DNA from: Candidatus Latescibacterota bacterium
GTDB taxonomy: Bacteria > Latescibacterota > UBA2968 > UBA8231
Reading direction: 5' to 3'
Length of the DNA: 64,000 bases
NCBI GenBank assembly: GCA_965248265.1
Contig: CBDFJF010000002.1
Location: forward strand, 2,656,001-2,720,000
Made by a program: the position numbers and the translations under genes. Shown piece by piece: positions 19,841-29,334 of the stretch (its first letter is position 1; each line of letters opens with the position of its first letter). Below the pieces are notes generated by a model. The model had not been told where the DNA came from, searched no databases, and worked only from the letters and a program-made list of their open reading frames with translations.

Positions 19841-20995
19841 ATGGCAGCACCGACGATCACGAAGATCGAGCACATCTATTTCACCCACGAGATTCAGGAC
19901 CTGGGAGCCGACTACAATGGCTTCAACCAGGTCTACGAGAAAGGTGCCAGGCGCGAGATGACTTCCTGCATCGCGCGCGTGCACACCAGCGAGGGCATCA
20001 TCGGCGAACACCTCGGCGGGTCTATCCCTGAAGGCGTTGCCCGCTACCTGATCGGCAAGAACCCCTTTGCGCGCGAGAAGATCTACAACGACCTCAAGCG
20101 CGGGATGCGCCACACCGGTGTCACCGCCCTCTGCTCGGCGGACGTGGCGCTGTGGGACTTTGCCGGCAAGGCCTACGGCGTACCGGTGTGGCAACTGCTG
20201 GGCGGTTGGCGCGAGACCATTCCGACGTACGCCTCGACCTACCACGGCGACGAGAACGGCGGTCTCGACACCCCCGAGGCCTTCGCCGACTTCGCCGAGC
20301 GCTGCCGCGAGATCGGTTATCCCGCCTTCAAGATCCACGGCTGGGGCAACGCGCCGATCGAGCGCGAGGTGGCCAATGTGCTCGAGGTCGCCAAACGCGT
20401 CGGAGACCGAATGGATCTCATGGTCGACCCCGCATGTGAACTGCAGACCTGGGCCGACGCGCTGCGCCTCGGGCGCGCCTGCGACGAGGCCGGCTTTTTC
20501 TGGCTCGAGGATCCCTACAGAGACGGCGGGGTGTCCAGCTTCGCTCACAAAAAGCTGCGCGAGCTGATCAAGACTCCGCTGCTGCAGACCGAGCACATCT
20601 TCGGCCTCGAACAGCACGTCGACTTCATCCTCAGTTCAGGCACGGACTTCGTCCGCACCGGGTGCTACGAGGATGGCGGCATCACCGGGGCCATGAAGGT
20701 GGCCCACGCGGCCGAGGGGTTTGGCCTGGACGTCGAGTTCCACGGGGGCGGCCTGGCTCATCGCCATTGCATCGCAGCCATCCGCAACACCAACTATTAC
20801 GAGCTGGGCCTGCTGCACCCGCTCGTCGCCAAGACCAAGCCGCCCGTGTACTCTCCCGAATTCACCGACGAGCTGGAGAACGTCGATGCCAACGGTCACG
20901 TACCCGTGCCCCAGGGGCCGGGCTTGGGTGTGGAGATGGATTGGGACTACATCGATGCCCACCGGAGTGGCGAGACCGTGTACGAGGGTCCGTAA
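19841..20995 (+). CDS. Mandelate racemase/muconate lactonizing (enolase superfamily) enzyme
   Basis: DVALWD..GK, LMVD, WLEDP, GPGLG. Confidence 0.9.
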   Translation: MAAPTITKIEHIYFTHEIQDLGADYNGFNQVYEKGARREMTSCIARVHTSEGIIGEHLGGSIPEGVARYLIGKNPFAREKIYNDLKRGMRHTGVTALCSADVALWDFAGKAYGVPVWQLLGGWRETIPTYASTYHGDENGGLDTPEAFADFAERCREIGYPAFKIHGWGNAPIEREVANVLEVAKRVGDRMDLMVDPACELQTWADALRLGRACDEAGFFWLEDPYRDGGVSSFAHKKLRELIKTPLLQTEHIFGLEQHVDFILSSGTDFVRTGCYEDGGITGAMKVAHAAEGFGLDVEFHGGGLAHRHCIAAIRNTNYYELGLLHPLVAKTKPPVYSPEFTDELENVDANGHVPVPQGPGLGVEMDWDYIDAHRSGETVYEGP

Positions 20996-21071
20996 GAGGC
21001 CATGCTAACCAGCTAGGCATCCAGGCCGAGTATCTTTCCCGGCTGAACTCCTATTTCCAGGCGGTGTAGAA

Positions 21072-22208
21072 ATGTCCACAATCTCAGTAGGTCGCTCGGC
21101 CATCGTTCACAAGGATGACTTCGCCTACATCTCGCATCCGTCCATCGCCGTACTGGCCAACGGCGATTGGCTCGCGGCGTTCAACCATTCCCGGCGTCGC
21201 CAACCTTACCATCACCCGCCCGGTGATCCACTCTTTCGCACCTTGCTTTCCCGTTCGTCCGACCGGGGGAAGACCTGGTCCGCGCCCTGGTTTGCTCCCG
21301 ACTTCGACTGGTACGGCACCGAATGCCCAGGTATCGCGCAGCTGGGTGACGGTACGGTTGTCCTGACCCAGTTTCGCTTCGCCTGGTATCCCCTCGGCAT
21401 GGTGAAAAAGCTGCGTGCCGAGGGCGTCTCGATATCGATCAAACTGCCCGGCAAGCGGTGGACGGAGGAGTTCAGTGAGCAGGATCTGAGCGATGCCGAG
21501 CACACCTGGGCGCGGGGGCATCACGGACTCTACGTTCATCTGAGTGCCGACGGCGGTGACTCTTTTGCACAGACAACCAGGATAGATTGCGGACCGTACC
21601 TGAATGGGTACACCAGAACCGGTGTCATCCACCTCGAGGATGGGCGGTTGGCGTATGCTGTTGCCGAACATCCAACCGGTAGCAACTCATACATCCTTTT
21701 CTCTGGTGATGGTGGTTCGACATGGGATTCACCCGTGCCGATTGTGGATTCCCCCGATGGAGGCTTCGGCGAGCCGGACATTGCCGAAGTGGCATCCGAT
21801 GAGCTGTACTGTATTCTGCGCAGCGAACGACCGATTTCAGAGGACGTCTACTACCTGCACGGGTGCCGGTCAGTGGATGGCGGCAAGACCTGGAGCGCGC
21901 CCGCGGCTACGGCAATGGACGGCATTCCGGGACATTTGTTGGTTCTTGCGGACGGCCGTCTGCTGTGCACCTACGCCCGCCGGAGGGCGCCGTTCGGAAT
22001 CTATGCCAGTCTTTCAGAAGATGCGGGGCACACCTGGCAGGTGGACGAAGAAATCGTGATTCGGGATGATCTGCCGAACAGGGATCTGGGATATCCGACG
22101 ACGATCGAATACGAACCGGGAAAGCTCTTTGTGTGTTATTACGGTCAGGAGTTGGATGGGGTTACCTGTGTACAGGGGAGTTATCTCGAGATCGAAATCG
22201 CCGGTTAG
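21072..22208 (+). CDS. Sialidase-like BNR/Asp-box protein
   Basis: Multiple SxDxGxTW repeats; DLGYP. Confidence 0.85.
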   Translation: MSTISVGRSAIVHKDDFAYISHPSIAVLANGDWLAAFNHSRRRQPYHHPPGDPLFRTLLSRSSDRGKTWSAPWFAPDFDWYGTECPGIAQLGDGTVVLTQFRFAWYPLGMVKKLRAEGVSISIKLPGKRWTEEFSEQDLSDAEHTWARGHHGLYVHLSADGGDSFAQTTRIDCGPYLNGYTRTGVIHLEDGRLAYAVAEHPTGSNSYILFSGDGGSTWDSPVPIVDSPDGGFGEPDIAEVASDELYCILRSERPISEDVYYLHGCRSVDGGKTWSAPAATAMDGIPGHLLVLADGRLLCTYARRRAPFGIYASLSEDAGHTWQVDEEIVIRDDLPNRDLGYPTTIEYEPGKLFVCYYGQELDGVTCVQGSYLEIEIAG

Positions 22209-22268
22209 TCTGCTAGCTTTCTCGTGCGGAGCACCTGACATCAGAGAGAAATCAAACGCGCCCTGCCA

Positions 22269-23024
22269 ATGACCCCAGAACTGCTCGAGGCCGCCAATCA
22301 CCTGCTTACCCAGGGCTATTGCCTGCTCGAAGACCGCCTACCTGAATCAGAGGCCCGGTCGATGGCGCGGGACCTTCTGCTGCTGCACGCCAATCCGGAA
22401 TACGACCGCTACAAGAGTGACTCGCTGCCCTACCAAACCCTGTTTGGCATGTTGAACCACGACGACCGCGTCTGGGAATGCGCCTTCCATCCCGATACGG
22501 TCGCCATCGCCCGTCACTTCCTGGGTGAGCGCTGCCGCGTTGTCGAGGCTTGCAGCAAACCGAACTGGCCCGGCTTCCATGGCCAGTGGCCGATGCACGT
22601 CGATTCTGCCGGTGATTTCAAGGACGTACCGGACGTGCCCTGGATGATCAACACGATCTGGATGCTGACTGATTTCACGACAGAGAACGGCGCCACCAGA
22701 GTTGTGCCGATGAGTCATCACACTCGCCTCAAGCGGCCCCCGGATGAGCTCGAAGTCGACGACCCGGTGATCAGGGATATCACCGGTCGATCCGGTTCAG
22801 TAATGATGTGGCACGGCGGCCTGTTTCACGGTGCTGGACCGAATACGGGACAGGAAATCCGCGTCGGCCTCAACATCGCCTACTATCCCCGCTGGATGAA
22901 CAACTGGGTCGAGGGCGGTCACCAGCCGCTGTGGCGGGGGACCTACGAACGCATGCCAGAGGAGTACCAGGCTTTGTGTGTCGGCAAGTTCGGAACGGAG
23001 AGGGAATCCGAGTACGAGGTGTAG
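22269..23024 (+). CDS. Phytanoyl-CoA dioxygenase (PhyH) family Fe/2OG dioxygenase
   Basis: HVD, ENGATRVVPMSH, FHGAG.N...R. Confidence 0.9.
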   Translation: MTPELLEAANHLLTQGYCLLEDRLPESEARSMARDLLLLHANPEYDRYKSDSLPYQTLFGMLNHDDRVWECAFHPDTVAIARHFLGERCRVVEACSKPNWPGFHGQWPMHVDSAGDFKDVPDVPWMINTIWMLTDFTTENGATRVVPMSHHTRLKRPPDELEVDDPVIRDITGRSGSVMMWHGGLFHGAGPNTGQEIRVGLNIAYYPRWMNNWVEGGHQPLWRGTYERMPEEYQALCVGKFGTERESEYEV

Positions 23025-23027
23025 GCA

Positions 23028-23075
23028 AGTTCGACTCGACACCAAGCCCCAACCGACATAGACTGACAAGTCGCC
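23028..23075 (+). mobile_element. Highly degenerate IS91 ori-proximal remnant
   Basis: tcgacaccaagccc..accgacatagact resembles the ori-proximal motif. Confidence 0.4.
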
Positions 23076-23139
23076 GCTCATCGGTCTGGGGGTGATTCGG
23101 AGCTGACCTGCCCACCTCGTAGCATGTAGGGGATCTCAA

Positions 23140-24699
23140 ATGCACAAGCCCAAGCTTATTCTCAACAACGACGCCCGCCACTACCTGATGTACCGGTTCG
23201 ACCCGCCTCTGAGTCGCAAGCGTCTGCAGAGCCCGGTTGATGAAATCCTCGGCACCGGCGTGGACACGCTCTCCTTCGGACTGGCATCGGGCGCGACCTT
23301 CCTGCATGACTCGAAGGTAGCCGACAAGTGGGGGGATTCGGTCGTCGACCATGACAATGGTGTAATGTGGTGGCGTGCTGCCAAGAACCTGGAGGCCGCC
23401 CTGGCCGCCGGCATGGACCCGCTGCAGATCGTCATCGACCGGGCCCACGAGAAAGACATCCAGGTTATCGCCAGTATGCGCATCAACGATGCGGGCACGG
23501 CCAACGGTCCCAACCGGCAACCCTACATGTGCAACCGGCTCAAGATCGACCACCCGGAGTACATGATCGGCGAGGAAGACCCGCTGAGGCCGGCGGTCAA
23601 AACCTGCCTCAACTTTGCCATAGACGAGGTGCGTCAAGAGAGGCTCAACGTCATCGAGGAGGTGTGTGACCGTTATGGCGCCGACGGCATCGAGATCGAC
23701 GAATACGTTCGCGTGTTCTTCAAGCCATCGGAGGTCGAGCGCAACACCCCATTGCTAACCGATTTCATGAGAGACGTTCGCGAACTGTTGGACCGCATCG
23801 GCCAGAAACGTGGTGAACGGCTGATGGTGGCGGCCCGGGTCAACCCGCGCGAAGACGCGAATCTCGCTGTAGGCATGGACGTGCGGTCATGGGTTGAAGA
23901 GAAGCTCGTCGATGCCATCGTCATCAACACCCGCGGCTTGGAGATTGACCCGGAGCCTCGCTTCGGTTGGCTCACCGATGTCGCCAGGAAGAACGACGTC
24001 TGGCTCTACCCGAACGTGGGTCGCTATCCGTATGATGATCGCCACCACGAACCCACCATTGAGATGATTCGCGCTGTGGCCTCGAACCAGATGGCGGCCG
24101 GGGCCGACGGGCTCTATCTCGCCCATCTGCTGTGGCCGCACAGCCCGGACGAGTACCTCGTCATGCGTGAGCTCGGCGATCCGGACATATATGCGCGTAA
24201 GGGCAAGCATTTCTTCCCGGCCCGGTACGAGCCCAGCATGGAGCCCTGGCCGGTGGAACGCCACCTGCCCCAGACGCTGGAAGAGGGCGTGCCGGCCATA
24301 GTTCCGATGACGGTCGGCGACGACCTCGACGCGGCACGTAGTGACGACGAGTTGAAGCGCGTCACCCTTCGGGTGCGCATCGTCCAGACCGGCATGGACG
24401 ACGAGCTCAGCTTTACGTTCAATGACAGCCCGCTTGCGGTCGAGGCACGCAACATTTCGACCATCTACGGCGGCATCGTTCCATATCTCACGTGGTGTCA
24501 GGGGATGGACGTACGGATCGGCACACACTACTGGTTCGAGTTCGACCTGCCCATCGACCTGGTGCAGCAGGGGGTGAACGAGGTCGCCGTTACCATGGAG
24601 AGCCGACTGGCAGAGCGTGTCGAGGACCGCGTCCTGCACCAGGTGGAGCTGCTGATCGAGTACGCGGAGCCGCCTATGAGGGTCGGCGCCCAGATGTAG
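23140..24699 (+). CDS. Glycosyl-hydrolase-like 10 family (TIM-barrel) protein
   Basis: NNDA, SMRIND, LNFAIDEVR, YGADGIEID. Confidence 0.7.
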   Translation: MHKPKLILNNDARHYLMYRFDPPLSRKRLQSPVDEILGTGVDTLSFGLASGATFLHDSKVADKWGDSVVDHDNGVMWWRAAKNLEAALAAGMDPLQIVIDRAHEKDIQVIASMRINDAGTANGPNRQPYMCNRLKIDHPEYMIGEEDPLRPAVKTCLNFAIDEVRQERLNVIEEVCDRYGADGIEIDEYVRVFFKPSEVERNTPLLTDFMRDVRELLDRIGQKRGERLMVAARVNPREDANLAVGMDVRSWVEEKLVDAIVINTRGLEIDPEPRFGWLTDVARKNDVWLYPNVGRYPYDDRHHEPTIEMIRAVASNQMAAGADGLYLAHLLWPHSPDEYLVMRELGDPDIYARKGKHFFPARYEPSMEPWPVERHLPQTLEEGVPAIVPMTVGDDLDAARSDDELKRVTLRVRIVQTGMDDELSFTFNDSPLAVEARNISTIYGGIVPYLTWCQGMDVRIGTHYWFEFDLPIDLVQQGVNEVAVTMESRLAERVEDRVLHQVELLIEYAEPPMRVGAQM

Positions 24700-24700
24700 T

Positions 24701-25639
24701 TCACAACCTCTCGAGCGAATCGCCGATGGCGCAGGCGCGTGTCCGCTCTTCAGCCGAGAGGGGAGGCACGTCAGCGGCGCCGGCGTTTTCTTCCAGTTGC
24801 ACACGGCTCTTGGCCCCGGGGATGACGGAGGTGACCCCGTCGTTGTCGAGGATGAAGCGGAGGGCTGCCTGGACCATCGTGCGCTTTTCACCCTCGGTCA
24901 GAAACAGCAACTCATTCAGTTTCTGGAACGTCTCTATGGCCCGGTCGGAGGTGAAGCGCTTGAGGCGCTTGTCCTTGTCGTCGAGTTCGGGGCGGGTGTT
25001 GAAGTAGCGGCCGGACAGGGCCCCTGAACCCAGCGGGATCCGGATCAGGGTACCCAGATTCTCGTCCGCGGCCAGGCGCAGGATCTCCTCACCGTCGCGG
25101 TACAGGAGGTTGTAGCCCACTTGCACCATCGCCAGATCGCCCAGTGACATGAGCTTGCGGATGGCGTCGATGTCATTGGTCGAGATGCCGAACCAGCGAA
25201 TCTTCCCCTCCTTCTTCAGATCCGCCAGCGCGCCCATGACAGCCGCCATGGTATCCTCATGAGGCGCTATGTGCAACTGGTACACGTCGATGTAGTCGGT
25301 CCGCAGGCGCTGCAGACTGCCCTCGCAAGCCTCCACGATCCACTTCCGGGCTTTTTCTTCGTCCGGATCATCGGTGATGGGCGCGACCTTGGTCGCGATG
25401 ACGTACCGGTCGCGCCGATCCTTCAAGGCCTCGCCGATGACCTCTTCGCTGTGCCCCTCACCGTAGGTTCTGGCGGTGTCGAGCAGATTGATACCCAACT
25501 CCTCAGCCCGGTGAATGGTGGCGATGGATTCATCATCGGTTGTGCCGGTCCATCCAGCAGTCACGCCGCCCATCTGCCAGCAGCCGACGCCGACTCTCGA
25601 AATCTTGAGACCGGTTTTTCCCAGTACACGGTATTCCAC
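24701..25639 (-). CDS. Aldo/keto reductase
   Basis: DTARTYG.GHSE, SLQRLRTDYIDVYQLH, IPGAK; GTG start with SD. Confidence 0.92.
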   Translation of the reverse strand: MEYRVLGKTGLKISRVGVGCWQMGGVTAGWTGTTDDESIATIHRAEELGINLLDTARTYGEGHSEEVIGEALKDRRDRYVIATKVAPITDDPDEEKARKWIVEACEGSLQRLRTDYIDVYQLHIAPHEDTMAAVMGALADLKKEGKIRWFGISTNDIDAIRKLMSLGDLAMVQVGYNLLYRDGEEILRLAADENLGTLIRIPLGSGALSGRYFNTRPELDDKDKRLKRFTSDRAIETFQKLNELLFLTEGEKRTMVQAALRFILDNDGVTSVIPGAKSRVQLEENAGAADVPPLSAEERTRACAIGDSLERL

Positions 25640-25681
25640 GGTGCTCTCCTGTTGTGACGGGTGCACTGCCACCCGTGGTGG

Positions 25682-26680
25682 TCAAGTTTCTCGAAATTGC
25701 CTGCAGGCTTGTGACAGCACTCGCATCTTTGCCCGGGTGATATCCAGCGGCACGTGGCCGCAACCACACTCGCTGCTCAACAGCAGGCGATCGGGGCTGA
25801 AATGCTCCAACGCCGGTTTTGTTCGTTCCCAGATGACATCGGGCGTTTCGATTTCGTCGCTGCGCTGGTCGATGACGCCGAGCATGAGATCCCCCTTGAA
25901 GTCCCACAGGGGCCACAACTCCATTAGATTGTAGTGGAGGGTGCAGTGTTCGAGGGAGATCTCGTCGATCTTCAGCTTCGTCAAGCCTTCGATCATGTCC
26001 GTGTACTTGCCGAAATAGACTCTCTTCCGATGGGGATTACCGCCGCATATGTGCACAGCCGTTCGCACGTGTGAGGGCAGCTTGTCGATGAGCTCGTTGA
26101 GCACGTCGGCTGCCCAGCCCGCTTCCTCCGGTGACAGGGTCAGAACCGGTTCGTCAAACTGGATGTAGTCGCAGCCGGCATCGATGACCTCCAGCAGTTC
26201 GCGGGTTAACACATCGACGAAGGCGCGGGCGACGGCGATTTCGTCTTCATAGAGGTCGGGCCGCTCGTTGACCGTGAACCGCGATAGCATATGGGGTCCG
26301 GTCACCGTCTGCTTCACCTGAACACCGGCTGGCGCCGTTTCTCTCGCCGCCTTCCACTTGCTGGCCAGTTGCCAGCGCGTCTCTGAGAGCTCGCCGACCA
26401 GGCGGGCGCACTCGATGCCAAAACCGGCGTCACCAAAACTCTTGTAGGCCATGTCTTCCATGGTGATGCCATCCATGCGCTTTTGATAAAACCAATACAT
26501 GTTCTCGCGATAGCCCTCTCCATCGCCGACGATTTCGAGGCCAAGGGAGACCTGGTCCTGGACGGCCCAGCGAATCATCTCCAGGGCTTCATCGTCGGAG
26601 ATGGTGACTTTCTTCATCGTGTCTTCGACGGGAATATTGCGCGGATAGCTGCCGACGACGGTGGCGCGGTAGTCAGTCAT
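25682..26680 (-). CDS. Cobalamin-independent methionine synthase II family protein
   Basis: TVVGSYPR, IQFDEP, HICGGN, SECG. Confidence 0.88.
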   Translation of the reverse strand: MTDYRATVVGSYPRNIPVEDTMKKVTISDDEALEMIRWAVQDQVSLGLEIVGDGEGYRENMYWFYQKRMDGITMEDMAYKSFGDAGFGIECARLVGELSETRWQLASKWKAARETAPAGVQVKQTVTGPHMLSRFTVNERPDLYEDEIAVARAFVDVLTRELLEVIDAGCDYIQFDEPVLTLSPEEAGWAADVLNELIDKLPSHVRTAVHICGGNPHRKRVYFGKYTDMIEGLTKLKIDEISLEHCTLHYNLMELWPLWDFKGDLMLGVIDQRSDEIETPDVIWERTKPALEHFSPDRLLLSSECGCGHVPLDITRAKMRVLSQACRQFRET

Positions 26681-27660
26681 GAGGTGTCCTTCGGCTCCAG
26701 GCCGGCAGCCTCACGGGTTTCGTTGATGTGGGCGAGCAGACCTGCAGACAACGGGCGCGGGAAAAAGTCGATCTCAGCCTGCAGGCGATTGCCATCCATA
26801 TCATCGATGAGTGGTGTGCAGGGCTTGTTCTCATCCACGGAAATGTCGGCATCCGGCAGGTGCTGTTTGACCTGTCGGATGAGCTCGGCGGTCGTCACCG
26901 TTTCGCCGCCGCTGTTGTAGACATAGTGCTGGAGATCCCGTTTCAGCGCCAGGCGGACCAGCTGCTCGGCGCAGTCGTCGACGTAGATCCAGTTTTCGCG
27001 GTTGGCTGCGGGAAACGGGAGGGATGCCGGTTCGCCGAGTGCCGGATTGGTGGCAAACACTTCGGCCCAGGATTGGGCGCCGCCGCCACGACCGAAGCCG
27101 AAAACGACGGAAGGTCGCAGGCAGGCGACACTCAGGTCGTGGGCCGAAGCATACTTACGGCCCATGAATTCGTTGAGCAGTTTCATGGCGCCATAAGCGA
27201 AGTGGTGGCCGTCGGGCGCACAGAAGTCGTCCTCGCGAACCGGCCGTTCTCCATAGCGGGTTTGAGTGTCACCGTACACCGCTTCGCTGCTGACCAGGAT
27301 GACTCGCCGCATCCGGTGGCGGGCAGCCCCTTCGAGGATGTTCACCGTTCCCATGACGTTGACGTGTGTGCCCAGGACCAGATTTTCCTCGACCCCAGCG
27401 GTCAATAGAGACGCCAGATGAATGACGCGGGTGATGTCGCGGCTCTGTGAAAAAGCTGATTCCACCTGTTCGAGGTCGGTGACGTCTGCCTCGACGACGG
27501 TCAGTTGATCCTCACGCAAGCCAGATTGCAACCGGTCGACGACGCTTTGGACAGGCTTTGAATCAAGGATGGCAACAGGGACGCTCCGCTCGAGCAGAAG
27601 GCGGCACACCCGGCGGCCGATGAATCCACTTCCTCCGGTGACCAGAATTCTTTCAGGCAT
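26677..27660 (-). CDS. NAD-dependent epimerase/dehydratase
   Basis: VTGGSGFIG, YGAMK. Confidence 0.9.
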   Translation of the reverse strand: MPERILVTGGSGFIGRRVCRLLLERSVPVAILDSKPVQSVVDRLQSGLREDQLTVVEADVTDLEQVESAFSQSRDITRVIHLASLLTAGVEENLVLGTHVNVMGTVNILEGAARHRMRRVILVSSEAVYGDTQTRYGERPVREDDFCAPDGHHFAYGAMKLLNEFMGRKYASAHDLSVACLRPSVVFGFGRGGGAQSWAEVFATNPALGEPASLPFPAANRENWIYVDDCAEQLVRLALKRDLQHYVYNSGGETVTTAELIRQVKQHLPDADISVDENKPCTPLIDDMDGNRLQAEIDFFPRPLSAGLLAHINETREAAGLEPKDTS

Positions 27661-27683
27661 AGGGAATCCGAGTTGGAACAGGC

Positions 27684-29222
27684 TCAATAGCCAATATTGT
27701 TCAGCGCCTTTTCACCAAGTCGGTCACGAAGCTGCGCCAGACAGAGGCTCCGGGGGGTCACATGCCGGTCCCAAGACTCGATGTAGCCGTCCTGCTTGGT
27801 CAGGTCCTGGTAATGGGTGTTAAAGACGGTGCCATGGATGCCTGAATGCCCGAACGCGAAATTCTGGGCGGTCGGCGGTTTCTGGATCAGGTACTGGCCT
27901 TCGCAGTTCCAGAACACGGTGTTGGCGCCAGCCCAGCCCATACCCTCTCCCCACCAGCGGGCGGTGAGCGGTGCCTTCACGTTGTCGAAGAGGGTCCCAT
28001 TTACCCAGCCGCCGTGAGGTTCGCTGGCGTTGTAGGGAATGGTTGCAGTGCAGTCGAGGAAGACGTTCCCGCTGGCCTGCGAGCCGCCAAGAACGAAGGA
28101 GTGCCGCCCCTTGTCGGATATGCAGCGCTGTGCAAACGAAAGCTGGCCATCGAGTTGGTAAACGAACCGTCTGCCGCCACCACAGAATGAAACCGGCTCC
28201 CAGGATTCGCAGTCCTGTACGGTCACCCATTTCGCTCCGCCGTTAGCCCTGACCAGGCCTCTGGCGAAATGGAGTGCGCTCACATGGCGTACCCAGACGT
28301 TTTTCGCATTGTCGATATTGATGAGTATCCAGTAGTGATTCTCGTCTGAATAGTACTCTTCGCCGATGTAAGGCTCGCGGTCCATGTTCCCGTACTCGAC
28401 CGTGCGGACCGTGCGGTCGTAGTCTGAAACGCCGCGCAGATTCTCGATGCCCACGTTTGAAATGCGGTCAGGATCCGTGTACTTTGCCATGTTACCTCCA
28501 CCCCAGCGAGCTTCAATAGCGGTCGTCACTGGCGCGTCTATTTCGACGAAGTCCCCGTCGATGGCGGTAATGACGCGGTCGTACTCGATCGTAAACGGCT
28601 CCCAGCGCCGTTGTTCGTTTTCCGGGTCCTGCCCAATCTCCTGTGTCCAGTCCTCGTTGCCATGCCGGCGAACCAGCACGGTATGGCCCGGTTTGAATTT
28701 CTTCGTCGAAGCCACTCGAAAACGTCGTGCACCCACCGGCACATGGTCGTCAGCGATGGCGACAGCCGTCGCCTCATCCGTTTCCCATGCCCCCTTACCG
28801 CCGACATCGATAAGAGGCACCCTGTTCTGCTCGTCCAGTACACCGACGCCGATGAGGATGGTGCCGATGTGGTCCATGCCGCTGCCGCGAAGTACTACTC
28901 CAGAGGAGGTGATCTTCAACGGAGTGTGTAGTTCGTAGTTGCCGTGCATGAGTTGCACGGTGCCGCGGAATCCATGTTCGTCGAGAGGGAGCGCTGAGAC
29001 CCGGTCGATGGCGGCCTGGATTACCGGAGAGGCATCGCCTTCAACGGCCCAGACGGTTTCTGCAGCAGGGATATGGGGAATGGCAACGCCACCTCCCATG
29101 TAGCCCGCATGCGAAAAATCGGGGATGGTGTTACCATCTTCGTCGGAAGTGTAGACGAGTTTCCCATCCGGACCGGGAAAAATCCGCGAAGTGGTGGGGG
29201 AGGGGATTCCGACAGCAGTCAT
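27684..29222 (-). CDS. Pectate-lyase-like beta-helix protein
   Basis: IPDFSHAGY.GG, IQAAID, GWAGANTVFWN; SD GAGG before ATG 29222. Confidence 0.75.
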   Translation of the reverse strand: MTAVGIPSPTTSRIFPGPDGKLVYTSDEDGNTIPDFSHAGYMGGGVAIPHIPAAETVWAVEGDASPVIQAAIDRVSALPLDEHGFRGTVQLMHGNYELHTPLKITSSGVVLRGSGMDHIGTILIGVGVLDEQNRVPLIDVGGKGAWETDEATAVAIADDHVPVGARRFRVASTKKFKPGHTVLVRRHGNEDWTQEIGQDPENEQRRWEPFTIEYDRVITAIDGDFVEIDAPVTTAIEARWGGGNMAKYTDPDRISNVGIENLRGVSDYDRTVRTVEYGNMDREPYIGEEYYSDENHYWILINIDNAKNVWVRHVSALHFARGLVRANGGAKWVTVQDCESWEPVSFCGGGRRFVYQLDGQLSFAQRCISDKGRHSFVLGGSQASGNVFLDCTATIPYNASEPHGGWVNGTLFDNVKAPLTARWWGEGMGWAGANTVFWNCEGQYLIQKPPTAQNFAFGHSGIHGTVFNTHYQDLTKQDGYIESWDRHVTPRSLCLAQLRDRLGEKALNNIGY

Positions 29223-29334
29223 GGATACCTCGCTATAAGCAGGGCAAATTATGATCGCGACCCGGTTAGTGTGGATAGAATCAGGAGTGTAGACAAGCGG
29301 CTCCAGACGGTGATCGCGGGCGGAAAGGATCTGA

